Positions 31,805 through 40,361 of a stretch of DNA of 64,000 nucleotides are shown piece by piece. This DNA is from a virus (Duplodnaviria; Heunggongvirae; Uroviricota; Caudoviricetes). The notes under the pieces are model-generated. The model was not told the origin of the DNA, searched no databases, and saw nothing but the letters and a program-made list of their open reading frames with translations. The position numbers and the translations under genes were made by a program. Each line of letters opens with the position of its first letter. Position 1 is the first letter of the stretch. The stretch is from the IMG/VR virus record IMGVR_UViG_3300046786_000370, positions 15,927-79,926 of that record; one strand, 5' to 3'.

Positions 31805-33235
31805 TTATTTTAATTGGTCGAAGATGTAATTAGAAATAAATGCATGATGTTTGATGCCCATTTCTTTCCAATTTAAATCTACTACCTTTGTGTTTCTTAC
31901 TTCGTCGTAGTCATAGCCTAAATTAGCATAGTTAGGTATGTACCATGTCATAGGCTTTACCATGTTTATTCGCCTGTCGTCATAGTTTAATTTTTGAGCA
32001 ATCGTGATGGCATCTTTAAAATTGTAAGTGCTGTGTTCCCAATAGTCTGTGTCTGCGGGATTAGGAAATGTTATTCCATAGTCAGAGGCATGTTTTTCAA
32101 ACTCTGTGCCTTTGCCGTTTTTATTTAAAAACAATTGAAGGAAGAACCAATTGTCTGCTACTTTGTTTTCTAACAACCATTCCTGTGTTTCTAACAATGA
32201 TTGTTCTGTTTCATAAGGCAAACCTGCGATAAAACTACAAGTAATAGATACGTCGTCTTTCCAAATATCTTTTAGTTTTAATAAAAAGTCTTTGCCGTAC
32301 TTGCCATTCCAGCCTTTGCCTAGACAAGAACTTGCTTCTGGATGAAAACTTTCTATGCCAAAATATGTTGATTTAAGTCCACTTAATTTTAACAGTTCAA
32401 TGGTATGCGGATTAACGCCGATGACATCTAATCTATTATAACCCAGCCATTCAAATTTAAACGGCATTTTTTCTGCAATTTTAGCCAGCCTTTCTATTTT
32501 AGATGAGCTTTCATTTACAGTATCATCCATGATTTGATATCGAGTAGTGCCAAACATTTCATAGTTACGCAGTAATTCATCTTCGATATGAGACTCATCT
32601 CTTAGATAAGTATCTACCTTTTTTCCCACTAATGGATAGCTACAAAATTTACATCTAAACTGACAGCCACGTGCAAGTTCTATGGGCAACGATTCTCCTG
32701 GCTGAATACTAGCATCATCATAAAAACATGCTGTTAAATTTTTAATATCAAAAGGTGAATATGCTGGTGTATTTTCAGTCTTTTCATTCATGTACTTTAA
32801 AAGACTGTCTTCGGCAAAGCTAACAAATTTTCTCCATTTAAATCTGTCTTCTTTACCCAAGTGGCCTACACCTGTATGGCCTCCTAATAACCAATCTAAC
32901 TTTGGATGTTTGATTTGTAGAATAAATCTAGCTGATTGTACCCATTGCGGTTCATAATACTGATCTTGATTTAAGTCGTAGTAATCTTTATGTTGCCTAT
33001 TTGAGTAAGCAGTAGGCTTCCAAAAAGTTGAACTAACGCCAATGGCAATAGTTTCAGGACCAATATGTTTTTGTGTAATTTCTATTAGTCTTCGAGTGGG
33101 TATAGCATGACAAAAATCAATAACCTTTGCGGTATATCCGTGCTGTCGTAGCCAATGAGCTAGAATGTGCGGTCCGATTGGTCTAGTTACGTTTACTGGT
33201 TCGTTAAAACTATTCCATAAAATTATTTGTGCCAT
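31805..33235 (-). CDS. B12-binding-domain radical SAM enzyme
   Basis: CQFRCKFC (Cx3Cx2C) at residue ~190 after an N-terminal B12-binding-like domain. Confidence 0.65.
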   Translation of the reverse strand: MAQIILWNSFNEPVNVTRPIGPHILAHWLRQHGYTAKVIDFCHAIPTRRLIEITQKHIGPETIAIGVSSTFWKPTAYSNRQHKDYYDLNQDQYYEPQWVQSARFILQIKHPKLDWLLGGHTGVGHLGKEDRFKWRKFVSFAEDSLLKYMNEKTENTPAYSPFDIKNLTACFYDDASIQPGESLPIELARGCQFRCKFCSYPLVGKKVDTYLRDESHIEDELLRNYEMFGTTRYQIMDDTVNESSSKIERLAKIAEKMPFKFEWLGYNRLDVIGVNPHTIELLKLSGLKSTYFGIESFHPEASSCLGKGWNGKYGKDFLLKLKDIWKDDVSITCSFIAGLPYETEQSLLETQEWLLENKVADNWFFLQLFLNKNGKGTEFEKHASDYGITFPNPADTDYWEHSTYNFKDAITIAQKLNYDDRRINMVKPMTWYIPNYANLGYDYDEVRNTKVVDLNWKEMGIKHHAFISNYIFDQLK

Positions 33236-33284
33236 GCGTGTCTATTGTAAAGTATAGTCTATTTATATCATAAGATATTAAAAA

Positions 33285-33378
33285 TTTATATTAAAGCACA
33301 CTAATGTCCTGTAGCTTTAACAGGCCTCAGACTTTTTCAAATCTCGCAGTCACACGTCAATGTGCTTTAATATAAATG
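33285..33378. repeat. inverted repeat TTTATATTAAAGCACAC ... GTGTGCTTTAATATAAA
   Basis: About 17-nt arms separated by ~55 nt; the core TTAAAGCAC also appears in the inverted repeat at 46645-46690. Confidence 0.55.
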
Positions 33379-33379
33379 C

Positions 33380-33600
33380 TCTGCATCCCCCGGCGGTAAT
33401 TATAGAGTATCAAGATACGATGCTATCGTACCCATCACACACTCCTTCCACCCGCTCCCCGCAGGGACCGTTCTCGCATTGCCAGCGGCCTTTCGGTTTA
33501 AAGACTACCACCCGTAGTTGTCACGCTACTTCTCATCGTGTGGGTCACACTATCCGGAGACACCCGGAACGTTCTTTCGCATAAATATTTTATGCGTCCA
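33380..33600. other. GC-rich ORF-poor island (candidate structured RNA)
   Basis: Locally GC-rich compared with the AT-rich flanks; several hairpins; contains CCGCAG and GTTTAAAGACTAC, which weakly resemble group-I intron Q/R elements. Confidence 0.3.
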
Positions 33601-33741
33601 TCTAATATAGATAACTTCTTAATGTTGTATAAAAACAATAACAAAGAGCCTTATCGTATAGATAGTAGATTCAAACCTGACGAGTTATTACACTTGCCTA
33701 AAAAAGAATTCATACCAGATGAATTAATTCATCCAAATACT

Positions 33742-33816
33742 TGGAAGAGCCACGGGGAATCGAACCCCGCTTCTCAGGATGAAAACCTGATGTCCTAACC
33801 GATAGACGATGGCTCC
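33742..33816 (-). tRNA. tRNA-Glu (TTC)
   Basis: Loop TTTTCAT, T-arm GCGGGGTTCGATTCCCCG. Confidence 0.65.
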
Positions 33817-33897
33817 ATATAGAAACACACTAGAGTCCCTCGGGCTATACTACCCAAAGTTAACATATCCCTATGACAACTACAATGTGTTTTTATA

Positions 33898-33973
33898 TGG
33901 TGGAGGAGACAGGGATCGAACCTGCGACCTATTGCTTGCAAAGCAACCGCTCTCCCAACTGAGCTACACCCCC
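33898..33973 (-). tRNA. tRNA-Ala (TGC)
   Basis: G3:U70 pair, loop TTTGCAA, D-arm GCTCAGTTGGGAGAGC. Confidence 0.65.
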
Positions 33974-33983
33974 ACATAAAAAT

Positions 33984-34058
33984 TGGCTCCAGAGGCAGGG
34001 ATCGAACCTACGACCAATTGATTAACAGTCAACTGCACTACCGCTGTGCTACTCTGGA
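33984..34058 (-). tRNA. tRNA-Asn (GTT)
   Basis: Loop CTGTTAA. Confidence 0.6.
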
Positions 34059-34435
34059 ATATTGAATTTGTAAGTAGTATCACCATCGTTATTGATACCA
34101 TTCACCCAAGTATATAAAGCCGGCTGGGACTCGGTACGTCACTTGGGATACTAGTCCAGTTAGCAACCAATCTGCGGAGATCTTCCGATCTCCCGGGAGT
34201 TGAACCCGTCCCCTTTTACTATTTCGGTAGTTCGAACTTACCTAGATAGCGTGACATTCTCTTGCTGACACTTACAAAAATGGCGGGAGCCTAACTATCT
34301 TGTTGTTAGCAAGCCTCGTTAGATTGTCTCGAATAGGCAAGTTTATACACCCATCAATCATACTATAGTGTCATCACAGTTAACCCCACTGTGACTAGAT
34401 TGACAGGGACTCAAACCTATCGTCTATCCCATAAT

Positions 34436-34512
34436 TGGCGCACCGGAGGGGACTCGAACCCCTGGCCTCCGCCGTGACAGGGCGGCGTTATAACCAACTT
34501 AACTACCGGTGC
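34436..34512 (-). tRNA. tRNA-Asp (GTC)
   Basis: Loop CTGTCAC, acceptor GCACCGG/CCGGTGC. Confidence 0.65.
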
Positions 34513-34602
34513 AAAATCGTATCGCAATCGGATCAGTACTCCGATATCTATACTAAGGTACCTTAGTATTGTTTTGTTCTAGTATTAAACTATGCGAATT
34601 CT

Positions 34603-34692
34603 TGGTGGAAGACTAGGGAGTCGAACCCTATGACCGTATTACTACAGTCTACAGATTAGCAATCTGCTGCATTACCGTCCTGCCCGTCTTCC
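34603..34692 (-). tRNA. tRNA-Ser (GCT), type II
   Basis: 90 nt with a long variable arm; loop TTGCTAA. Confidence 0.6.
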
Positions 34693-34915
34693 GGTAACCA
34701 TATTAAAACACACTAAGGGAACTAGAACAAATACATAGCACCGTCTGCTGGTTCTTTGTTTTCGTCATTACTGCCTAACTGCCCGTCACGTTCCACTGCA
34801 CGGCTTACACCGTCGTCTATACGCTTCATGTAACTCTATGCGAAGCCAGTCCGTCAACTGGTTATACTTCCATAGAGTACCTAACGGATTAAGTAACCCT
34901 TAATATATTTTAATA

Positions 34916-34992
34916 TGGTGCCCAGGGCGAGACTCGAACTCGCAAAATTTGGCTTCTAAGACCAACACGTATACCAATTCCATCACCTGGGC
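34916..34992 (-). tRNA. tRNA-Leu (TAG)?, type-I-like
   Basis: Loop CTTAGAA but a short variable arm, which is unusual for Leu. Confidence 0.45.
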
Positions 34993-35053
34993 GAAAAAAA
35001 TACTTTACAACATTTTAAAGAACAATTACATCAATTTCTTAATGTATACATGT

Positions 35054-35082
35054 ATTATACATGTTCAGTTAATTTGTGTCAA
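35054..35082 (-). promoter_or_regulatory. sigma70-like promoter (TTGACAcaaatt-N-TATAAT) upstream of the tRNA island
   Basis: 17-nt spacer; a second copy lies at 35138..35166. Confidence 0.55.
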
Positions 35083-35137
35083 CTAATTCTTTTTACTTTT
35101 GTAAAAGTCTTTGCTAACACATTTAACTAACTTAAAT

Positions 35138-35166
35138 CTATTATAGCAAAATAATTGATTTGTGTC
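35138..35166 (-). promoter_or_regulatory. sigma70-like promoter module, tandem copy
   Basis: TTGACAcaaatc-N17-TATAAT. Confidence 0.55.
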
Positions 35167-35318
35167 AATTATCTTCCTTGAATTTTTCGCAGTAGCTTTA
35201 GCCAATAAAACCTAAAGCCACGGAATGTGAGTATGTCAAAGTCAATATTGACCATTGGTTCTTTGGGAATACTTCCATAAGCTTTGTCTAATGTGTCAGA
35301 TATTTTTTTTGGCATACG

Positions 35319-35918
35319 CTATTTATTTCCGTGGTTCTTAAAGCCTACTTGGCCACCTTCTGCTTCAATGCGTTTGATCACATCTTCAAATAATATAGGA
35401 GCAAAGTCAGGAGTCTGTTCCACGCATACACAATGATAACGAACATCTATTTCATCACCATATAAAACTTCTCCTGTCTTAGCATCGACACCACGAGCCT
35501 TACGAACGCGATTAGCGTGAGTATGTCCATGTATGTTAACGCCAAAGCGACCAATTGAATCACTGTGTACAGGAATGTGACTTAAAATCATTCCGTTCAT
35601 TACATGATAAGCACGTAACTCACGAAAGTATTGTCTATATTCGTCATCACGGAAGATATCGTGGTTACCGCGGATTAACACTTTGTCGCCATTTAAGCGA
35701 GCTAACGTAGATAATGACTTGCGGTTAATAACAACATCACCTAAGTGATAAACCTTATCTGTGGGCTTGACACGTTCGTTCCAAGCCTTGACCATTTCTT
35801 CGTCCATCTCGTTGGCGTCATCCCATGGGCGAAGTTTTGTAACTCCATCGTTACGAGTGAATCTACAAACTCCGGTATGCCCGAAGTGTGTGTCACTGAC
35901 TAAAAATACTGAAGGCAT
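35319..35918 (-). CDS. calcineurin-like metallophosphoesterase
   Basis: DTHFGH...GDVV...GNHD...GHTH motifs; start sits 2 nt after the release-factor stop (TAATATG). Confidence 0.65.
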   Translation of the reverse strand: MPSVFLVSDTHFGHTGVCRFTRNDGVTKLRPWDDANEMDEEMVKAWNERVKPTDKVYHLGDVVINRKSLSTLARLNGDKVLIRGNHDIFRDDEYRQYFRELRAYHVMNGMILSHIPVHSDSIGRFGVNIHGHTHANRVRKARGVDAKTGEVLYGDEIDVRYHCVCVEQTPDFAPILFEDVIKRIEAEGGQVGFKNHGNK

Positions 35919-35919
35919 A

Positions 35920-36591
35920 TTAACTCCAAAGTAGGTCAAAGTTTCCTTGTAGCACTTTTTTTGTACTGGATACTTTGTCGGTTATGTGATCTTGTACCCT
36001 ATCATCTTGAAAGCGGTACGTTCTTATTTTATCTCCTCGCATCCCGGAACCAACTTGTTCTCGTCTATTTGAGGCTATACTGTTATTATACTCTGCGCTG
36101 ACTATGTTGTCAACTTTATTGGTTATTGTAGACATTGCTTCGTTATAACTGTTTTCTCTACTGCGGCATTGTGCTGTAGCAACTATACCAGAAGGTATGT
36201 GTGTTATGCGGCAACTGTTTTGATGTTTATTGCGATGTTGTCCGCCAGCACCAGTTCCGCTGTACCATTCTATTTTAAGATCCCGTTCAGCGATAGTTGT
36301 TTTAACTATTTCGGGATCTACAATGGCCACGGTTACTGTGCTGGTATGTACTCTGCCTTTACGTTCAGTGGGAGGAACACGTTGTATTCTATGTCCGCCA
36401 CTTTCGTTATACAAGCCTGATAAATCAGCACCCTCGACTAATATATGTACTTCGCCAAGATACTCACCTATTAGGCGGGTAGTTCAGCCAAGTTTACCAG
36501 CGAATTTTGTATATGCTTGAGCAAGGTCTTTGACAAACAACTTGCTGTCTTCGCCGCCTTCTGCGGCTCTAATTTCTATAACTCGTTTCAT
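35920..36591 (-). CDS. class-I peptide chain release factor homolog (RF1-type PPT motif, GGQ; lacks domain 1) with one in-frame TGA
   Basis: Hand translation: MKRVIEIRAAEGGEDSKLFVKDLAQAYTKFAGKLG-TGA-TTRLIGE...ESGGHRIQRVPPTERKGRVHTS...GTGAGGQHRNKHQNSCRITHIPSGIV...RTYRFQDDRVQDH; a single frame from 36591 to 35920 broken only by TGA at 36486..36484. Confidence 0.7.
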
Positions 36592-36830
36592 ACTCTTTCC
36601 TTTTTAACACGACCAATTCTACTGGCCTTATTCCAATCGTATTTAACACCGTCAGGACATAATCCATCTTTAACGCTGTCAACTCCAAACTTGCCGCAGA
36701 CTTCAAAGTTTGGACCTACAATAGATACAAACTCGTTTAATGCTTTGGCGTGTGCCATTGCTGAATCTAAGTCAGCAAACTCTTTTTCTTTAATTTTAAA
36801 TATCACCTTCTCGTTCCTTAGGAAGAACAA
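36588..36830 (-). CDS. hypothetical protein
   Basis: 80 aa ORF; ATGA-coupled to the release-factor start. Confidence 0.4.
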   Translation of the reverse strand: MFFLRNEKVIFKIKEKEFADLDSAMAHAKALNEFVSIVGPNFEVCGKFGVDSVKDGLCPDGVKYDWNKASRIGRVKKERV

Positions 36831-37287
36831 AGCCCCAATCAGTGGTCACGCCATTGATAGTATGGGGCTCGTTTTCGTCGTAGGTCCAACCCAAGACTTT
36901 CATCATCTTGTGCTTGACCATTAAGTTAGGGCTACGAAAAACTTCAGTGTCATCAAAGCCCATCATCACACCAACTTCGCAGACTGCGCCACTACGGCAA
37001 ACACCTGCTACACAATGAACAACTACATTCATTCTTTTATCAAGAGCATGTTGCAATAGCTTAACTAGCTGTTCTGCTTGAGCATCTGTTACTTTAAACT
37101 CTTCGCCAAAAGCATCGCCTTGCTCAAGATCCAGAAACTCAAACTGATGTGTCTCTTTGAACTTGTGAATAGGACTAGGAAACTCCATAGCAGGATCTAC
37201 AATTTGTATCAGCATGGAATTTTCACCAGCATTGTGATGACGACCCTTTGGGATATCTCCCAAGCTAACATTTTCAATCCATGGCAT
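36796..37287 (-). CDS. Cys-based protein-tyrosine/dual-specificity phosphatase
   Basis: VHCVAGVCRSG (HCx5R) P-loop. Confidence 0.7.
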   Translation of the reverse strand: MPWIENVSLGDIPKGRHHNAGENSMLIQIVDPAMEFPSPIHKFKETHQFEFLDLEQGDAFGEEFKVTDAQAEQLVKLLQHALDKRMNVVVHCVAGVCRSGAVCEVGVMMGFDDTEVFRSPNLMVKHKMMKVLGWTYDENEPHTINGVTTDWGFVLPKEREGDI

Positions 37288-37296
37288 ACATTATCC

Positions 37297-37650
37297 TTAT
37301 TTGACTAATTTAAACAATTCTTCCCATTGTTTTTCTGGGTTTGTGCCTGCTTCTAGGCCACGCAGAGCCAGCAACATCTTTTCATCATCTGGAACTTTGA
37401 AGTAAATGTCTGCGTAAGTGTTATCGAAGTCTCCATCCTCATCATGACTGTACCAAGGATGATCTTCAACCCAATCCGGAAAGTAGTCATCTCGATTGTT
37501 ACCACCACAACGAGTGTGAACAACGATAAAACCATCTTCCATATAAACATTGCGAAAACGTCCAAAATCTTCACGTGTTGAATCCAGCAAAGCCAACAAT
37601 TTGTCAGCGTCTGGATTCATTCCAAAAACCAAGTTATATAGACTCATATT
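37297..37650 (-). CDS. hypothetical protein
   Basis: Start moved to MSLYNLVFG, which has a TAAGGAGA RBS. Confidence 0.45.
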   Translation of the reverse strand, partial: NMSLYNLVFGMNPDADKLLALLDSTREDFGRFRNVYMEDGFIVVHTRCGGNNRDDYFPDWVEDHPWYSHDEDGDFDNTYADIYFKVPDDEKMLLALRGLEAGTNPEKQWEELFKLVK

Positions 37651-37657
37651 ATTCTCC

Positions 37658-37849
37658 TTAAAAACAAAATTCACGAACCCATTCAAAACGAGTGCTAGCA
37701 GGCACCCATCGGAATTGGCTTTTCTTACGTTCAGCCTGTTCAAAGTCAAAGCATACCATAACCCAGCCACGCTCTTGTGAGAAGGCAACTGTGTCTGCTG
37801 TGCGAACTACTTCGACAACTCTGTCATTCATTTTTGCTACTACAGTCAT
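37658..37849 (-). CDS. hypothetical small protein
   Basis: 63 aa ORF. Confidence 0.35.
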   Translation of the reverse strand: MTVVAKMNDRVVEVVRTADTVAFSQERGWVMVCFDFEQAERKKSQFRWVPASTRFEWVREFCF

Positions 37850-37875
37850 TGGCTTCTCCTTTCAAATTATAGTGT

Positions 37876-37904
37876 ATTATACAACCAAAACCAATTTGTG
37901 TCAA
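37876..37904 (-). promoter_or_regulatory. sigma70-like promoter TTGACAcaaattgg-N-TATAAT
   Basis: 17-nt spacer. Confidence 0.55.
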
Positions 37905-38180
37905 TCAAACGACTCCAGCCAATTGCGCTATGAAAATCATTTCTTCGTCTCTGACACCAATATAGTATGGCCGTGGAGTGTGTTTACCTGGCTTGCCCCA
38001 ATGAGTCTTCCAAGGTCCATAACTGTTATAAGCATATTCACTGCCGTATCTTTCCCGCAGGAATTTCTCCACCTTGCCAATTTCTGAGGTCCACGAACTA
38101 AATCTAATGGCGTGAGAACACCCATGTTCTTTATACAGTTTATATCGTCTGTTTAATTTGATTACTTTAACTTTGTTCAT
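37905..38180 (-). CDS. hypothetical protein
   Basis: 91 aa ORF. Confidence 0.4.
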   Translation of the reverse strand: MNKVKVIKLNRRYKLYKEHGCSHAIRFSSWTSEIGKVEKFLRERYGSEYAYNSYGPWKTHWGKPGKHTPRPYYIGVRDEEMIFIAQLAGVV

Positions 38181-38391
38181 AATCTTCTTCTTCTATTGTG
38201 TGTTCATGATATTCCCAGCCTTTTCCGCCAAGAGCTTTCATAAGATCGTATTTGTTCTTTTCTTCTCGACATTCTTGTGGCTGTCCGATGCTACCAACCA
38301 CTGCCATACAGGTCCAGCATCGATAACTATAGTCACCATCGAATTCAGCGATGCTACTGCAGGGCAATTTAATATTAGGTAATACGTTCAT
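38167..38391 (-). CDS. hypothetical Cys-containing small protein
   Basis: 74 aa ORF. Confidence 0.35.
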   Translation of the reverse strand: MNVLPNIKLPCSSIAEFDGDYSYRCWTCMAVVGSIGQPQECREEKNKYDLMKALGGKGWEYHEHTIEEEDYEQS

Positions 38392-38400
38392 GTTTAATAA

Positions 38401-38425
38401 AAAGCCCCTTGCGGGGCTTTTGTAG
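38401..38425 (-). terminator. rho-independent terminator AAAGCCCCGCAAGGGGCTTTTT
   Basis: GC hairpin followed by a T-run, just downstream of the 38430 gene on the minus strand. Confidence 0.5.
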
Positions 38426-38429
38426 TACT

Positions 38430-38636
38430 TTAGACTCTACCTTCGTAGTCTGCTCTCACATACCATTCAGGAACATAATCTAGGTTGTTGTGTTCTTTGT
38501 TGTAGTTAATAGCCCATTGACGGGCTTCAGCTTCATCATCAAAATACTTTGTATCCCAATGCTTCTGACCACTAAACCGATCATACTCAGTTAGAACAAC
38601 TTTGAACAGAGCCTTATTAAGAGTGACTTGTGCCAT
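38430..38636 (-). CDS. hypothetical protein
   Basis: 68 aa ORF. Confidence 0.4.
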   Translation of the reverse strand: MAQVTLNKALFKVVLTEYDRFSGQKHWDTKYFDDEAEARQWAINYNKEHNNLDYVPEWYVRADYEGRV

Positions 38637-38676
38637 ATCGTCTTCCTTTCTCGGGGTTATTAACTACTGTATATAC

Positions 38677-38705
38677 AGTATAACGCCAATTGGAATTTGT
38701 GTCAA
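38677..38705 (-). promoter_or_regulatory. sigma70-like promoter TTGACAcaaattcc-N-TATACT
   Basis: 17-nt spacer. Confidence 0.5.
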
Positions 38706-39071
38706 TTAATCTGCCTGACGTGTTATATAATATTCTCTAATCGCACCAGTGTCAAAATGTTTGATTACACTTTGCTTAACTGTTTCTTTGTCAAACTTTT
38801 TACAACTGAAAACATCTAAATATATCTGTTTTGTACTATCGACAAAATGTGCTGATATGTGCGATGTTACAATAGCTTGTATAGCTGTGTATCCACCTTT
38901 ATCTGGTTGATCCATTGCTACTTGCGTGATCCACGGTTCGCCCACTGGCTCCATGTCAATATTATTAACTAGACTTTTAATCCAGTGTTCGATATTATCT
39001 TTGTCCTGCATTTTTTTAAGATCGCATTGTCCGCAATCCAACATCAGATGATGACCCCAATATTTTTTCAT
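38706..39071 (-). CDS. S-adenosylmethionine decarboxylase-like (SpeD/SpeH family)
   Basis: HLMLDCGQCD...SHISAHF...YLDVFSCKKFD. Confidence 0.55.
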   Translation of the reverse strand: MKKYWGHHLMLDCGQCDLKKMQDKDNIEHWIKSLVNNIDMEPVGEPWITQVAMDQPDKGGYTAIQAIVTSHISAHFVDSTKQIYLDVFSCKKFDKETVKQSVIKHFDTGAIREYYITRQAD

Positions 39072-39179
39072 ACTAACTCCTTATATAATATATAATTAAT
39101 TATGGTAAAGGTTGGTAATTTATCTAATACTTAATACATACACCGTCTTTTTTATTTTTGTGTATATAAATATCGCTAT

Positions 39180-40361
39180 ATGATTAATAAGAAACTAGGG
39201 TACTATACTGTAGGCGAATTCGAATTTGATTCAAAGATACAGGCCTGCTTATTTGCTAATAAAAACAATCAAGAAGTTTCTTGGCACTTTAACGAAAACG
39301 TTTTTAAAAACTATCCGTGGTCCAAAGAGCCTAGTGAATCATTGGATCAACTCTACGATCGTCGAACTAGACAACTTAGAGAAGAATACGATTATATCAT
39401 TATCAGCTATAGTGGCGGCGCTGATAGTCATAATATTGTAGAAAGCTTTATACGTCAAGGTTTACACATCGACGAGCTTATAATCAATACCATGGAAAAA
39501 GGCAGTAGCAAATTTACTGTTGTTGATCCTAACATAAAGAATCCAGAAAATGCGGCCGCAGAGCATCAACTACAAACAATACCAAGACTTAAAGAAATAC
39601 AAAATCGTATTCCAAAAACTAAAATAACTATTTTAGACCTGACGGATCACCTGTTTGATAGTTGGCTTAATGTTGGCGATGCCAGTTGGGTTATGGATAA
39701 GAGAGAAGGCTTGAATCCACTAAATGTAACCAGATTTAACTACATGCATTTCAGTGATGTAAGAAAACAATTTGACAAAGACAAAAAGATTGCGCTAATA
39801 CTAGGCGTCGAAAAGCCCAGAACATTTATTCATTCTAATAATAAGTTTTATATACGATTCACTGATAGAGCAACAAACATCATTACAATAGCCGAACACA
39901 TAAAAGAATACCCAAACGCTGTTGTTGAGTATTTTTATTGGAGTCCCGATAGCTGTGATATTTTATGTAAACAAGCTCATGTAATTAAACGTTGGCTGGA
40001 AGCCTTTCCGGAGAATCAGCCAATGTGGTTTCATAAAAATATGACTGCTGAATCTTTTAGATTAACGCACGAACGAATACTAAGAAATCTCATGTATACA
40101 ACGTGGGATCCTACATGGTGGCAAGCAGACAAAGCGACCAAAGACTGGTACAGTGAATTCGACTCTTGGTTTATCAAAGGATATGCGGGTACTAAACAAC
40201 ATAGTATTTGGTTAGAGGGTATCAACTACATAAGAGATAATGCCAGTAACTTTGTTAACAATAGTCACGGTTACGATGATGGACTCAATGTATTTGCTTA
40301 TAACTTTCCTGTAGCAGAAATGAATCCGCCAATCAACGTCGACAAGTTGTTAAACAATTAA
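39180..40361 (+). CDS. PP-loop ATP pyrophosphatase family protein
   Basis: IISYSGGADS (SGGxDS) motif; 393 aa. Confidence 0.6.
   Translation: MINKKLGYYTVGEFEFDSKIQACLFANKNNQEVSWHFNENVFKNYPWSKEPSESLDQLYDRRTRQLREEYDYIIISYSGGADSHNIVESFIRQGLHIDELIINTMEKGSSKFTVVDPNIKNPENAAAEHQLQTIPRLKEIQNRIPKTKITILDLTDHLFDSWLNVGDASWVMDKREGLNPLNVTRFNYMHFSDVRKQFDKDKKIALILGVEKPRTFIHSNNKFYIRFTDRATNIITIAEHIKEYPNAVVEYFYWSPDSCDILCKQAHVIKRWLEAFPENQPMWFHKNMTAESFRLTHERILRNLMYTTWDPTWWQADKATKDWYSEFDSWFIKGYAGTKQHSIWLEGINYIRDNASNFVNNSHGYDDGLNVFAYNFPVAEMNPPINVDKLLNN

Noticed and set aside
33360-33977. Plus-strand ORFs 33360..33584 and 33538..33798, and minus-strand ORF 33795..33977
   Set aside because: They overlap the GC-rich non-coding island or tRNA-Glu and tRNA-Ala. 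Their composition is atypical, and they are more likely RNA or regulatory sequence.
34226-34249. Plus-strand T-arm-like hairpin GGTAGTTCGAACTTACC
   Set aside because: No matching acceptor or anticodon arm could be built on either strand. It is possibly a tRNA fragment or processing hairpin, not a gene.
36484-36486. In-frame TGA as a selenocysteine codon
   Set aside because: There is no SECIS-like hairpin immediately downstream and no selenoprotein context. Readthrough, recoding or pseudogene are more plausible.
513-37780. Numerous antisense ORFs inside long minus-strand genes (for example 513..719+, 1336..1578+, 7188..7559+, 11989..12363+, 36230..36520+, 37550..37780+)
   Set aside because: They are embedded opposite well-supported genes, lack motifs, and are typical frame artefacts in AT-rich DNA.
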